Assembly (NCBI GenBank): GCA_050013255.1
Contig: JBEKFP010000001.1
Location: 224,001 to 288,000 of the forward strand
DNA from: Candidatus Bathyarchaeia archaeon
Lineage (GTDB): Archaea > Thermoproteota > Bathyarchaeia > 40CM-2-53-6
DNA: 64,000 nucleotides
Direction: 5' to 3'
Positions within the stretch are counted from its first letter, which is position 1; each line of letters begins with the position of its first letter. Below the pieces are notes generated by a model. The model was not told where the DNA came from. It saw only the letters and a list, made by a program, of their open reading frames with translations, and made no database searches. A program made the translations under genes and the position numbers. This document shows positions 37,052-46,242 of this stretch, one piece after another.

Positions 37052-38215
37052 TCAGAGGAGTTCGTTGGAAATCACGAGTCGTTGAATCTCTGATGTGCCC
37101 TCGTAGATTTCTGTGATCTTCGCGTCCCGGTAGTATCTTTCGAGGGGTAGGTCTGTCATGTAGCCGTATCCTCCGTGGATTTGTAATGCCTTTCGAGCGG
37201 CTTCGACTGCGGTTGATGCGGCGAAGAGCTTAGCCATGCTAGCCTCCTTCGTGTGTTTTCTACCTTGGTCTGTAAGGGTAGCAGCATGGTACGTGAGCAG
37301 TCTCGCGGCTTCAATTTCGGTCGCCATGTCCGCGATCATCCAACGAATCGCTTGTTGGTCGCTGATGGGTTTCCCGAATTGAACCCTCGTCCTTGCATGC
37401 TCGATCGCAGCGTCCAGGGACGCTTGGGCTATGCCTACGGCTTGTGCTGCAATGCTAATCCGCCCACAATCCAGCGTGTCCATTGCAATCTTGAATCCCT
37501 CCCCTGGCCGACCAAGCATGTTCCTTGCCGGAACTCGCACGTTATCGAAAATTACTTCAGAAACCATCGATGAACGTATTCCCATCTTATCAAATATCTT
37601 CCCAATCTTGACGCCAGGCATGTTCCGGTCAACGATGAAACATGATATGCCTCGGTGCGCGAGTGATTTGTCTGTCATCGCGAAGACGAGGTAGGTGCTC
37701 GCCATCGGAGCGTTCACGATGAAGTACTTGCGGCCACGAATCACGTACTCATCGCCGCTCAGCGTCGCCTTCGACTCCATCGACGCAACATCGCTTCCGG
37801 CTCCAGGTTCAGTTAAGCAGAATGACCCGAACTTCGAACCTTGGGCCAATGGTGTCAAGTAGAGCATCTTTTGCGGCTCGGTTCCGTACGATAGCAGTGG
37901 TTGGCTGACAAGTGATACGTGCACAGCTAAGGTAACCCCGAGGGCAGCGGAACCGCGGGAGATTTCCTCTACGGCAAGAATATAGCTCAGTACGTCTTGG
38001 CCGCCTCCTCCATACTTTCTTGGGATCGGCAGGCCAATCAGGCCGGCCTTAGCCATTGCGCGCCAAGTTTCTGTCGGGAATCTCTTGCTCTTGTCCCAAC
38101 CATCAGCCTTCGGTAAGACGAATTTCTCCGCGAAGCTACGGGCTCTTCGCAGCACATCTTCCTGGCGCTTACTTAATGCAGTTCTGTCAAGTTGTCGTCT
38201 GCTAATCAGTTTCAC
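37052..38215 (-). CDS. Acyl-CoA dehydrogenase
   Basis: LTEPGAGSD, R.QFGKPI, QIHGGYGY, IYEGTSEIQ motifs. Confidence 0.95.
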   Translation of the reverse strand: MKLISRRQLDRTALSKRQEDVLRRARSFAEKFVLPKADGWDKSKRFPTETWRAMAKAGLIGLPIPRKYGGGGQDVLSYILAVEEISRGSAALGVTLAVHVSLVSQPLLSYGTEPQKMLYLTPLAQGSKFGSFCLTEPGAGSDVASMESKATLSGDEYVIRGRKYFIVNAPMASTYLVFAMTDKSLAHRGISCFIVDRNMPGVKIGKIFDKMGIRSSMVSEVIFDNVRVPARNMLGRPGEGFKIAMDTLDCGRISIAAQAVGIAQASLDAAIEHARTRVQFGKPISDQQAIRWMIADMATEIEAARLLTYHAATLTDQGRKHTKEASMAKLFAASTAVEAARKALQIHGGYGYMTDLPLERYYRDAKITEIYEGTSEIQRLVISNELL

Positions 38216-38243
38216 TCGCCTGTTTGTTTTAATTGTGCATTCC

Positions 38244-38636
38244 AGCCATCCAGTGTTCAGTCATCAGTTGATGAAGCCGAGTCAACGGCGGGATGTGGGC
38301 TTTCGCCCGAATTAGCCGACTGGGCCGATGTTGGGTATCTGGTTGCTTTTGACCGAGCGTGAAACCCTGACTGTGCGAATGGTCTAGCTGGTTTCGTGAA
38401 TGCGAAACGAGAGCCCTGAGGTTCGGGGCCGTCGCGTCTGCAGGTGAAGCGATGGTATGGGAATCCGAGACTGACGGTAATCCCTCAGTCGATGCAGATG
38501 AGTCAAGGAGACGAAGACTTGACAGAACCCTTAATGCAAACTCCATACGAACCCCCATCAGGGGTAGCGTAAGTACCGGCAAATATCTGTTGGATACGAA
38601 CAATACTTACTATACCGATGGCTTCACCCGTTGATG
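38244..38636 (+). ncRNA. Candidate large structured ncRNA of unknown family
   Basis: More than 10 nested helices; G-U pairs consistently favour the + strand; no credible ORF; ends approximate. Confidence 0.6.
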
Positions 38637-38730
38637 CCTAAAATACTCTCTGAGAACTCACCCGAGCCGCTTGAGCAAAGGGTAACTATTCAGGCAAAGA
38701 AGCATCTTCGTTGCGCAGGGTCAGTGAATA

Positions 38731-39039
38731 TTGAACGCGTACGTGAAAGTCTGCGAAACAACCGACGTCCCATCCGGAACCATGCACCCAGTTGACGTAG
38801 GCCAGAATAAGCTGATGATCGTCAACGTAGATGGCTTTCTGTACGCATTGAACAGAATATGCTCCCATGAAACCGCAGACCTATCGACCGGTTTCCTCGT
38901 GGGTTCCGTGGTAACTTGCCCGCTACACCTGTCGAGGTTCAATGTGAAAACTGGCGAAGTAGAGAACCTTCCAGCCACAGTGCCCCTTGCCACATATGCT
39001 TTGAAGATTGAAGGGACAAGTGTATACGTCCGAGTGTAG
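38731..39039 (+). CDS. Rieske [2Fe-2S] ferredoxin
   Basis: CSH...CPLH motif. Confidence 0.92.
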   Translation: MNAYVKVCETTDVPSGTMHPVDVGQNKLMIVNVDGFLYALNRICSHETADLSTGFLVGSVVTCPLHLSRFNVKTGEVENLPATVPLATYALKIEGTSVYVRV

Positions 39040-39117
39040 GCTCAGCAGAGAGAATGAGTTGGAGAACTTATATCACGTCATACACGTTACTTCAACCAAT
39101 GTTCGCCGGTCTAGGTA

Positions 39118-40362
39118 ATGGTCGAAAAAGTTACAACGATAAACGTTTCTAAGCTCCGAGAAGACTTTCCGGTTCTAAAACGCCAAGTCAACGGAAAACC
39201 ACTCATCTACTTCGATAACGCCGCCACATCACAAAAACCCGAATCCGTCATAGAAACCACAGACCGGTACTACAGAGAGTACAATGCGAACATTCATCGC
39301 GGAATCCACAAACTAGCTGAGGAAGCAACACTCGCGCATGAAGAAGCAAGAGAAAAAATCGCCAAATTCATCAACGCAAAGCACACCGAAGAAATAATTT
39401 TCACACGAAACGCAACTGAAGCGATAAACCTAGTCGCCTACACCTGGGGCAGGGCGAACATTGGGAAAGGGGACAAGATTGTCTTAACAATCATGGAGCA
39501 TCACAGCAACATAGTTCCGTGGCAGTTGCTTGCACAAGAAAAGGGCGCCAACGTTGAGTACGTAAAGATTGATAATGGAGGGTTGCTCCGCCTGGATGAA
39601 GTTCACGAGTTGATTGATGAGAGAACGAAGATCGTGTGCGTAACTCAAGCCTCTAACGTGCTTGGAACGATTAACCCAGTTAAGGAGATTGGCAAGGTCG
39701 CCCACCGCTACGGTGCAATGTTCTTAGTTGATGCAGCCCAGTCCGTTCCGCACATGCGTGTTGACGTTAGGGATACTGACAGCGACTTCTTCGCATTCTC
39801 AGGCCACAAGATGTTGGGCCCCACCGGAATTGGAGTCCTCCACGGGAAGAGCGAACACCTCAGGAGAATGCCGCCATTCTTGGGTGGTGGAGAAATGATA
39901 AGGGAAGTTCACACTACCGGAGCCTCGTGGAAGGACATCCCATACAAGTACGAGGCTGGGACACCAAACATAGTCGGCGCCATCGGCCTCGGGACGGCAG
40001 TGGATTATCTCAGCAAGATCGGAATGGAAAACGTCCATGAGCATGAGAGAGAAATCTCCAAGTACGCAATTGGAAGAATGAGCGAAGTAAAGGACCTCAC
40101 CCTATATGGGCCCAGAGACATTGCACAAAGGGTCGGCGTACTCTCTTTCAATTTGGGAGACATCCATGCCCACGACCTCGCTTCAATCTTGGATGAAGAA
40201 GGCATCGCCATAAGGTCAGGGCACCATTGCGCCCAACCCTTGATGGAATTCCTAAACGTCCCCGCCATGTCGAGAGCAAGCTTTTACATTTACAACACGA
40301 AAGAGGAAGTTGACGTATTCATCAACGCCCTTGAGAAGGCCAGGAAGCTATTCGCGCGATGA
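39118..40362 (+). CDS. sufS: Cysteine desulfurase SufS
   Basis: YFDNAAT, EHHSN, SGHK, RSGHHCA motifs. Confidence 0.96.
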   Translation: MVEKVTTINVSKLREDFPVLKRQVNGKPLIYFDNAATSQKPESVIETTDRYYREYNANIHRGIHKLAEEATLAHEEAREKIAKFINAKHTEEIIFTRNATEAINLVAYTWGRANIGKGDKIVLTIMEHHSNIVPWQLLAQEKGANVEYVKIDNGGLLRLDEVHELIDERTKIVCVTQASNVLGTINPVKEIGKVAHRYGAMFLVDAAQSVPHMRVDVRDTDSDFFAFSGHKMLGPTGIGVLHGKSEHLRRMPPFLGGGEMIREVHTTGASWKDIPYKYEAGTPNIVGAIGLGTAVDYLSKIGMENVHEHEREISKYAIGRMSEVKDLTLYGPRDIAQRVGVLSFNLGDIHAHDLASILDEEGIAIRSGHHCAQPLMEFLNVPAMSRASFYIYNTKEEVDVFINALEKARKLFAR

Positions 40363-40766
40363 GTTCTGAAATCTACAAAGACATTATTTTGGACTATTAC
40401 CGGAACCCGCGCAACTTCGGTGACCTACAGGACCCGGATGTCCGCGCGAAGGACTCGAACCCGTTATGCGGCGACATCATAGAGATGCAGCTGAAGATCA
40501 AGGACGGTAAGGTGGACGATATACGGTTCAAGGGTAAAGGCTGCGCCATTAGCCAAGCCTCAGCTTCAATGCTCACAGAGGCGGTCAAAGGGAAGACACT
40601 TGATGAAATCAAAGCCATGGGCAAACCTAACGTGCTGGAACTCCTAGGCATAGACCCAGGCCCAACTCGAATCAAATGCGCCCTGCTAGGCTTGAAAGTT
40701 CTGAAACTCAGTGTTTACGGCTACCTCGGGCAAGCAGTAACCGATGAAGTAAAGCAACTAGTCTAA
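40359..40766 (+). CDS. sufU: SufU/IscU-type scaffold or sulfur-transfer protein
   Basis: NPLCGD, GCAISQAS, RIKCALL motifs. Confidence 0.88.
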   Translation: MSSEIYKDIILDYYRNPRNFGDLQDPDVRAKDSNPLCGDIIEMQLKIKDGKVDDIRFKGKGCAISQASASMLTEAVKGKTLDEIKAMGKPNVLELLGIDPGPTRIKCALLGLKVLKLSVYGYLGQAVTDEVKQLV

Positions 40767-40876
40767 CTGCACCCTTGCAGTCAATTCAATAGTAAGTCAG
40801 ATTGCGGAAACTGACCTTCCCGCCTGTTTTGGTTGGATGAAAAGTTTATGTGAGATGCGGTTAACGTTATGAAGCC

Positions 40877-41485
40877 ATGCCAAACAAATATGTTCTTCCG
40901 GAATTGCCATACAAATACAACGCACTCGAACCAGTCATTTCCCAAGAAATAATGACACTGCACCACGACAAACACCACGCAGCCTACGTCACCGGCGCAA
41001 ACGCGGCCCTCGAGAAACTCGACAAAGCCCGTAAAGGCGAAGCCCAAGTCGACATCAAAGCGGTTCTCAGGGATTACAGCTTCCACTATGGAGGCCACAT
41101 CCTCCACAGCATCTTCTGGCCCAACATGGCCGCTCCCGGCAAGGGAGGCGGAACCCCAGGCGGAGCCATCTCAGACAAGATTAACGCTGACTTCGGCAGC
41201 TTCGACAAGTTCAAACAACAATTCTCTGATGCAGCTAAGACGGTTGAGGGCTCAGGATGGGCACTTCTACTCTACGACAACACAACCGACCAACTCGTCC
41301 TAACACAAATCGAAAAACAAAACCACATGCACCTCGCCCAACTCCCAATACTCCTCGGCATCGACGTATGGGAACATGCATACTATCTAACCTACAAAAA
41401 TGACAGAGGGAAATACGTCGACGAGTGGTGGAAGGTTGTTAACTGGAGCGACGTAGACTCGAGGTTCGGCAAAGCAAAACATTAG
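40877..41485 (+). CDS. sod: Fe/Mn superoxide dismutase
   Basis: LHHDKHH, GH.LHS.FW, DVWEHAYY motifs. Confidence 0.96.
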   Translation: MPNKYVLPELPYKYNALEPVISQEIMTLHHDKHHAAYVTGANAALEKLDKARKGEAQVDIKAVLRDYSFHYGGHILHSIFWPNMAAPGKGGGTPGGAISDKINADFGSFDKFKQQFSDAAKTVEGSGWALLLYDNTTDQLVLTQIEKQNHMHLAQLPILLGIDVWEHAYYLTYKNDRGKYVDEWWKVVNWSDVDSRFGKAKH

Positions 41486-41505
41486 ACAGAAATTAACCAT
41501 TCTAC

Positions 41506-41537
41506 GGGTCTGAATAGAATCAGACCCACCCATTTTT
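41506..41537 (+). terminator. Hairpin plus T-tract after sod
   Basis: GGGTCTGA-ATAGAA-TCAGACCC followed by CATTTTT. Confidence 0.5.
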
Positions 41538-41554
41538 CTCATAAGCGCATTAGG
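41529..41554 (+). repeat. 25/26-bp direct repeat, left
   Basis: CCCATTTTTCTCATAAGCGCATTAGG. Confidence 0.85.
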
Positions 41555-41684
41555 CGAGCGATGTTACTTTCAGCGTCAGAAGAATGAGTGAGCTTGTGCA
41601 TAGAAAACAAAATACTCAGGCGCTGGCAGGAGAGCATTTCATACCGTAAGGGAACGAAAGCTGTAAGGCTTCCTAGGGCAAAAC

Positions 41685-42032
41685 TTAGCGTGACCTAACG
41701 AGGACAGGTTTCGGATATTCTTTGACCGCCTTGTCCATCGCTCCTCTGGCAAGGGCCATGTCCAACCGAACCAGCTGCTTTACGACTTCGTTCTGCCTCG
41801 CGAGCTGATACATAGTGGCTCTGCCAACTGATCTCGTAACCTTGACAGCCCCCGATTTTTCGAGTTCCTTCCAATACTTGAAGAAAGTCACCCGTCCCAT
41901 TCCTAGGTTCTTCACTATCTCGTTCTTGGAATAGTCGGAGAGGGAGTTGTCTAGGAAGAAGTCTATGATTCTCAATATGGGACTGGCTCCCAGATACTTA
42001 AGCAGCAAAGTATCGTTCGGCTTGTATGACAT
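41685..42032 (-). CDS. Winged-helix DNA-binding protein
   Basis: SPILRIIDFFL...DYSKNEI...GMGRVTF...L...G.V...R.VGRATMY. Confidence 0.8.
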   Translation of the reverse strand: MSYKPNDTLLLKYLGASPILRIIDFFLDNSLSDYSKNEIVKNLGMGRVTFFKYWKELEKSGAVKVTRSVGRATMYQLARQNEVVKQLVRLDMALARGAMDKAVKEYPKPVLVRSR

Positions 42033-42094
42033 ATGAACTTGATTAGTTTTGAAAGTATTTAAAGCTAGACTCTCAAAGTACCATAAGTGAACTC

Positions 42095-42376
42095 ATGCTT
42101 TCCGACGATCAAATCAAGGCCACTATACTGTTCAAGCTTTACAAAAGAGGAAACTGGGGAGGAAGCCACACTGCGCTCGATAATCTGAAGAAAGGATGGA
42201 GGGCGCAAGATCTCGGCAAGCACAGTCTGGCAAGAGTGGAGAAACTGACGAAACAGCTAATTCGTGAGGGCCTGATTGTTCCCAAGCCCACGGGCTACGG
42301 CCTGCAAGTTTCTCTCAATCCGCGCCAGAACGAGGCCATAATCGTGATCATGAAGAAATTCTTTCCAGAAGTCTAG
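42095..42376 (+). CDS. Uncharacterised wHTH-like protein (WGGSHT...VSLNP family)
   Basis: KATILFKL...WGGSHT...LIREGLI..KPTGYG.QVSLNP. Confidence 0.7.
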   Translation: MLSDDQIKATILFKLYKRGNWGGSHTALDNLKKGWRAQDLGKHSLARVEKLTKQLIREGLIVPKPTGYGLQVSLNPRQNEAIIVIMKKFFPEV

Positions 42377-42405
42377 TATGCCCAGCTTCTGCCGCTTGGG
42401 TGCTT

Positions 42406-42430
42406 CCCATTTTCTCATAAGCGCATGAGG
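42406..42430 (+). repeat. 25/26-bp direct repeat, right
   Basis: CCCATTTTCTCATAAGCGCATGAGG. Confidence 0.85.
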
Positions 42431-42518
42431 TACGGTAACTCGGCATAAGGTTCAAAAAGTACTAGGTACGTAGGCTGTTACAGCCTGCTGACGGCAATAG
42501 TCACAGGGTGTTTTTTAT

Positions 42519-42779
42519 TTGGTATGTGATATTTGTAAAGGAGATGGAGAAGTTGCTTGTGCCAAATGCAAAGGCACAGGCTCAATACCATCGAAATGCG
42601 ACGAATGCAAAGCAACCGGCAAACTGACCACTGAAAAGGGGGTACTTGATTGCGATATTTGCAACGGTACCGGCCTAGTTTCAATCAAGTGCAACGAATG
42701 CTTCGGCGGCGGCAAACTCGTCTGTGAGGCATGCGGCGGAACAGGCGGCAAAGAAAGCGAAATAGACGAATCGATCTGA
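42519..42779 (+). CDS. Stand-alone DnaJ-type zinc-finger protein
   Basis: Six CxxCxGxG-like repeats and no J domain. Confidence 0.7.
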   Translation: MVCDICKGDGEVACAKCKGTGSIPSKCDECKATGKLTTEKGVLDCDICNGTGLVSIKCNECFGGGKLVCEACGGTGGKESEIDESI

Positions 42780-42896
42780 ATTAGCTATCGCCAAACAGAA
42801 CCAGACCAACCGTCTCGTCAGGCTCGAATGGGCCTGCAATTTGGGAGGCAAGGATAAAGCCTCGCCCGGCTTTCCGATACAGGAGTCTGCTTCGCA

Positions 42897-44450
42897 ATGA
42901 AGACGACGCTCATCTCAAGTCAAGAGAAATTCCCATTCCTTCGAGAGCTGTCCATTCAGGACACTAACCCCGGCTCATGTGCTGGCCCTAAGGATTGGAG
43001 CAGCATCCAAGGGCACGAGCTTCTGGAAGTTGCGACTCCGATTGACGGCTCGGTAATCGCCAAGGTGGCACTCGCATCAGTAGACGACTACGAGCACGTC
43101 GTCAAAACCGCTGAGGGAGCTTTCCTCAAATGGCGTTCAACACCCGCACCGGTTCGAGGCCAAATCGTCCGGGAAGTTGGCGACGAACTTCGCAAGCACA
43201 AGGAACAACTTGGCAAGTTAATAACGCTAGAAATGGGCAAAATTGTCGCGGAAGGCACGGGAGAAGTTCAGGAAGCCATTGATATCGCCGATTTCGCTGT
43301 GGGACTCTCACGCCAGCTCTACGGCCTCACGATGCAATCTGAACGCCCGCTTCACCGAATGTACGAGCAATGGCATCCCTTAGGCGTCGTGGGCATAATT
43401 ACGGCCTTCAATTTCCCAGTCGCGGTCTGGTCATGGAACTCAATGATCGCAACTGTCTGCGGTGACACAATGTTATGGAAACCATCCTCGAAAGTCCCAC
43501 TTAGCGCAATTGCAGTTCAACACATCGTAAACCGAGTATTGGAACGCCACCAGCTAACGGGAATCTTTACACTCGTAATAGGTCGGGGCTCAACGATTGG
43601 GGAACGCCTGATCAATGACAAGAGAATTCCGCTAATATCCTCCACTGGGTCAACCACGATGGGAATGCGCGTTGCCGAGGCAGCGGCGAAACGACTGGCA
43701 CGAACCATACTGGAACTGGGTGGCAACAATGGCATAATTGTAGCTGAGGACGCGAACTTAGACCTCGCCGTGCGCGCGATCCTTTTTGGAGCAGTTGGAA
43801 CAGCGGGACAACGTTGCACAACGACTAGGAGGATAATCGCGCAGAAGAAGATCATGGATGAATTGACTTCGAGGCTTGTAAAAGCCTACGGACAAGTTCG
43901 CATCGGCGACCCCTTGGATCCCAACACGGTGATGGGCCCATTGGTTGACGAGGAGGCAGTTGCCAATATGATGAAGGCGTTGGGAACCTTACCGAACCAG
44001 GGCGGGAAGATTGTTACCGGTGGGAAAAGACTCGAACGACCTGGGTTCTATGTGACACCAGCAATAGTCAGGGTTCCAGGCAATACGCAATTGGTCTGTG
44101 AAGAAACGTTTGCACCGATACTCTACATAATGCCCTACGATACCATTGAAGACGCCGTTAGCCTGCATAACGAAGTCCCGCAGGGACTGTCGTCGGCAAT
44201 TTTCACCGAATCCGTCAAGAAAGCGGAGAAGTTTCTCTCCTCCGTGGGCAGTGATTGTGGCATAGCGAACGTGAACATTGGCACGTCTGGAGCCGAGATT
44301 GGTGGAGCATTCGGTGGAGAGAAGGAGACGGGTGGGGGTAGGGAGGCAGGTTCGGATTCTTGGAAACAGTACATGCGCCGCCAGACGACGACGATTAACT
44401 GGGGCGACCAACTGCCTTTAGCACAGGGCATTAAATTCGGTGAAGAATAG
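42897..44450 (+). CDS. Aldehyde dehydrogenase, ALDH7/antiquitin-like
   Basis: AFNFPVAV, LELGGNN, GQRCTT, EETFAPI, GAEIGGAFGGEKETGGGRE motifs. Confidence 0.93.
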   Translation: MKTTLISSQEKFPFLRELSIQDTNPGSCAGPKDWSSIQGHELLEVATPIDGSVIAKVALASVDDYEHVVKTAEGAFLKWRSTPAPVRGQIVREVGDELRKHKEQLGKLITLEMGKIVAEGTGEVQEAIDIADFAVGLSRQLYGLTMQSERPLHRMYEQWHPLGVVGIITAFNFPVAVWSWNSMIATVCGDTMLWKPSSKVPLSAIAVQHIVNRVLERHQLTGIFTLVIGRGSTIGERLINDKRIPLISSTGSTTMGMRVAEAAAKRLARTILELGGNNGIIVAEDANLDLAVRAILFGAVGTAGQRCTTTRRIIAQKKIMDELTSRLVKAYGQVRIGDPLDPNTVMGPLVDEEAVANMMKALGTLPNQGGKIVTGGKRLERPGFYVTPAIVRVPGNTQLVCEETFAPILYIMPYDTIEDAVSLHNEVPQGLSSAIFTESVKKAEKFLSSVGSDCGIANVNIGTSGAEIGGAFGGEKETGGGREAGSDSWKQYMRRQTTTINWGDQLPLAQGIKFGEE

Positions 44451-44482
44451 GATAGAGTAAGCAGAAGTATTCAGTGCGTATC

Positions 44483-45415
44483 TTACGTGACATAATCCAG
44501 CCATTCGGAATACTTCTTACTCCGTCCCCGCACCGCATCATCGAAAGCGGCTTGCAGTTTTCTAGTAATTGGATACTCTCCGTTTCCGATTTTTCTTCCG
44601 TCAACTTCCCTGATTGGAGTTATCTCAGCGGCCGTCCCGCAAAGGAACAACTCATCTGACGTGTACAGTTCTTCCCTGGACATGTCGATGCGGCTGCAAT
44701 GGACGCCGATGTCGCCTGCCAGTTGAATCACACTATCGCGGGTAATTCCTCGAAGTATACCTGCTGCAGCTGGCGGCGTCGAGAGCGCGCCACGCTTTAC
44801 GCGAAAGATGTTCTCACCTGTTCCCTCAGAAACCATTCCATTTGCATTTAACAGGATGGCTTCATCATATCCGGCCTTTATTGCCTCAATCTTTGCGAGT
44901 GCTGCGTTTGCGTAGTTTGCGGAGGATTTTGCTTGGGGTGGCAATGTGAGTGGGCTTATTCGCCGCCACGATGAAACGAGGCAACGGACCCCGTTTTTCA
45001 ACGCATCTTTGCCTAGGTAGGCTCCCCAGCGCCATGCTGCTACGGCGAATTCTACCTTGTTTGGTAGGGGGTTAACTCCCATTTCTCCGTAACCGTAGAA
45101 AGCGATCGGCCTTATGTAACACTCGTCAAGTCCGTTAGCTTTGACGACGGATTTGATTGCTCCGGCCATTTCATCTGGGTTGTATGGCAGTTCCATTAGG
45201 TATATCTTCGCGCTGTTAACCAGGCGCCAGACATGGTCATAGAGCCTGAAAATGGCTGGGCCTCGAGTAGTTTTGTAGCACCTGAGTCCTTCGAAAACTG
45301 CCGTCGCATAGTGTAGAGCATGGGTCAGGACGTGTATCTTGGCGTTGTCCCAGTCTACCAAGCTACCGTTGAGCCAGATCTTACTGAGCTTATCCAACAG
45401 CGAAGGCCTCCGCAC
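44483..45415 (-). CDS. ilvE: Branched-chain amino acid aminotransferase
   Basis: HY...VFEG, YIRP, K...NY, EGTGEN, GITR, GTAAE motifs. Confidence 0.93.
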   Translation of the reverse strand: MRRPSLLDKLSKIWLNGSLVDWDNAKIHVLTHALHYATAVFEGLRCYKTTRGPAIFRLYDHVWRLVNSAKIYLMELPYNPDEMAGAIKSVVKANGLDECYIRPIAFYGYGEMGVNPLPNKVEFAVAAWRWGAYLGKDALKNGVRCLVSSWRRISPLTLPPQAKSSANYANAALAKIEAIKAGYDEAILLNANGMVSEGTGENIFRVKRGALSTPPAAAGILRGITRDSVIQLAGDIGVHCSRIDMSREELYTSDELFLCGTAAEITPIREVDGRKIGNGEYPITRKLQAAFDDAVRGRSKKYSEWLDYVT

Positions 45416-45486
45416 CAGATGGCTTAGTCAAATAACTAATAATGATGCACTACGAAAAATCGGGTCCTTTATCGTGGTCAAGTGCT

Positions 45487-45924
45487 CTAAGTGATCTGAA
45501 CGTGGTCTATTTGGTAGTAACGTTTGGCTAGCATGCGAGTCTTGTCTATTGTTCGGCCGTTCTTACCAATGGCTAGAGCTTTGTCCTTAGGGTCAACTTC
45601 TACCACCACAATTTTGCGGTCGGGTCTTTCAGTTATTCGAACTTCCTTAATCTTCGCGGGGGATAGACAGTTTCTAATGAGGCCTTCCGCCGTGTCGGAA
45701 AATTCAACGACTTCGATAGGTCTGCCGGTCATCTTACGGAGGGCGTTGATGTTCTTGCCACCCTTACCAATCGCCAACCCCATCTCTCCGGCTTTGGCGA
45801 CGAAGATTATTCTGTCGTCTTCGGTGTCAATTACGCAATCGTTTGCTGTAGCTCCGGTAATGTTTTCAAAGAGTGCAATGAGTCGCATCGTTTCTCCGGT
45901 GAGTTTTATTCCTGAACTGGCCAT
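45487..45924 (-). CDS. nusA: Archaeal NusA (two KH domains)
   Basis: AIGKGGKNI and AIGKNG motifs; operon position. Confidence 0.93.
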   Translation of the reverse strand: MASSGIKLTGETMRLIALFENITGATANDCVIDTEDDRIIFVAKAGEMGLAIGKGGKNINALRKMTGRPIEVVEFSDTAEGLIRNCLSPAKIKEVRITERPDRKIVVVEVDPKDKALAIGKNGRTIDKTRMLAKRYYQIDHVQIT

Positions 45925-45927
45925 GTC

Positions 45928-46242
45928 TTAACGCTCTGTTAACTTTAGAATCTCTGAATCGCCCGGTTCCTTGATCGTTAGTACGGCTACTACGAAAGGT
46001 TTCAGGCATGCTGCCCCAAGGTCTATGCTGTTACCTGGAAAGTCGAAAATGGGTACAGAAGATTGCTTGGCATATTGAACAATATCTGTCCTGTATCGCG
46101 CGGGGCAGTTGGAGGAAACTATTAGGAGCTTGGCTTTAGCGAACCTTGCAGCGTCAACGGCTTCCTTAACGCCCAAGGCAACTTTGCCAGTTTTCACAGC
46201 GATTTGAATCTGCTTGGTTACGTCTACTTTTGTGGTTTGCAT
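45928..46242 (-). CDS. rpl30e: 50S ribosomal protein L30e
   Basis: AVKTGKV.LG, SSNCP, LG.AC.KPF, PGDS motifs. Confidence 0.95.
   Translation of the reverse strand: MQTTKVDVTKQIQIAVKTGKVALGVKEAVDAARFAKAKLLIVSSNCPARYRTDIVQYAKQSSVPIFDFPGNSIDLGAACLKPFVVAVLTIKEPGDSEILKLTER

Noticed and set aside
38244-38636. RNase P RNA, SRP RNA, hammerhead ribozyme or C/D box sRNA
   Set aside because: No GAGGAA.UCC P4 strand; no SRP helix-8 motif; CAGATGA/AGAA instead of CUGAUGA/GAAA; C and D boxes not at sRNA spacing. The overlapping ORFs 38229-38603 and 38452-38634 look spurious
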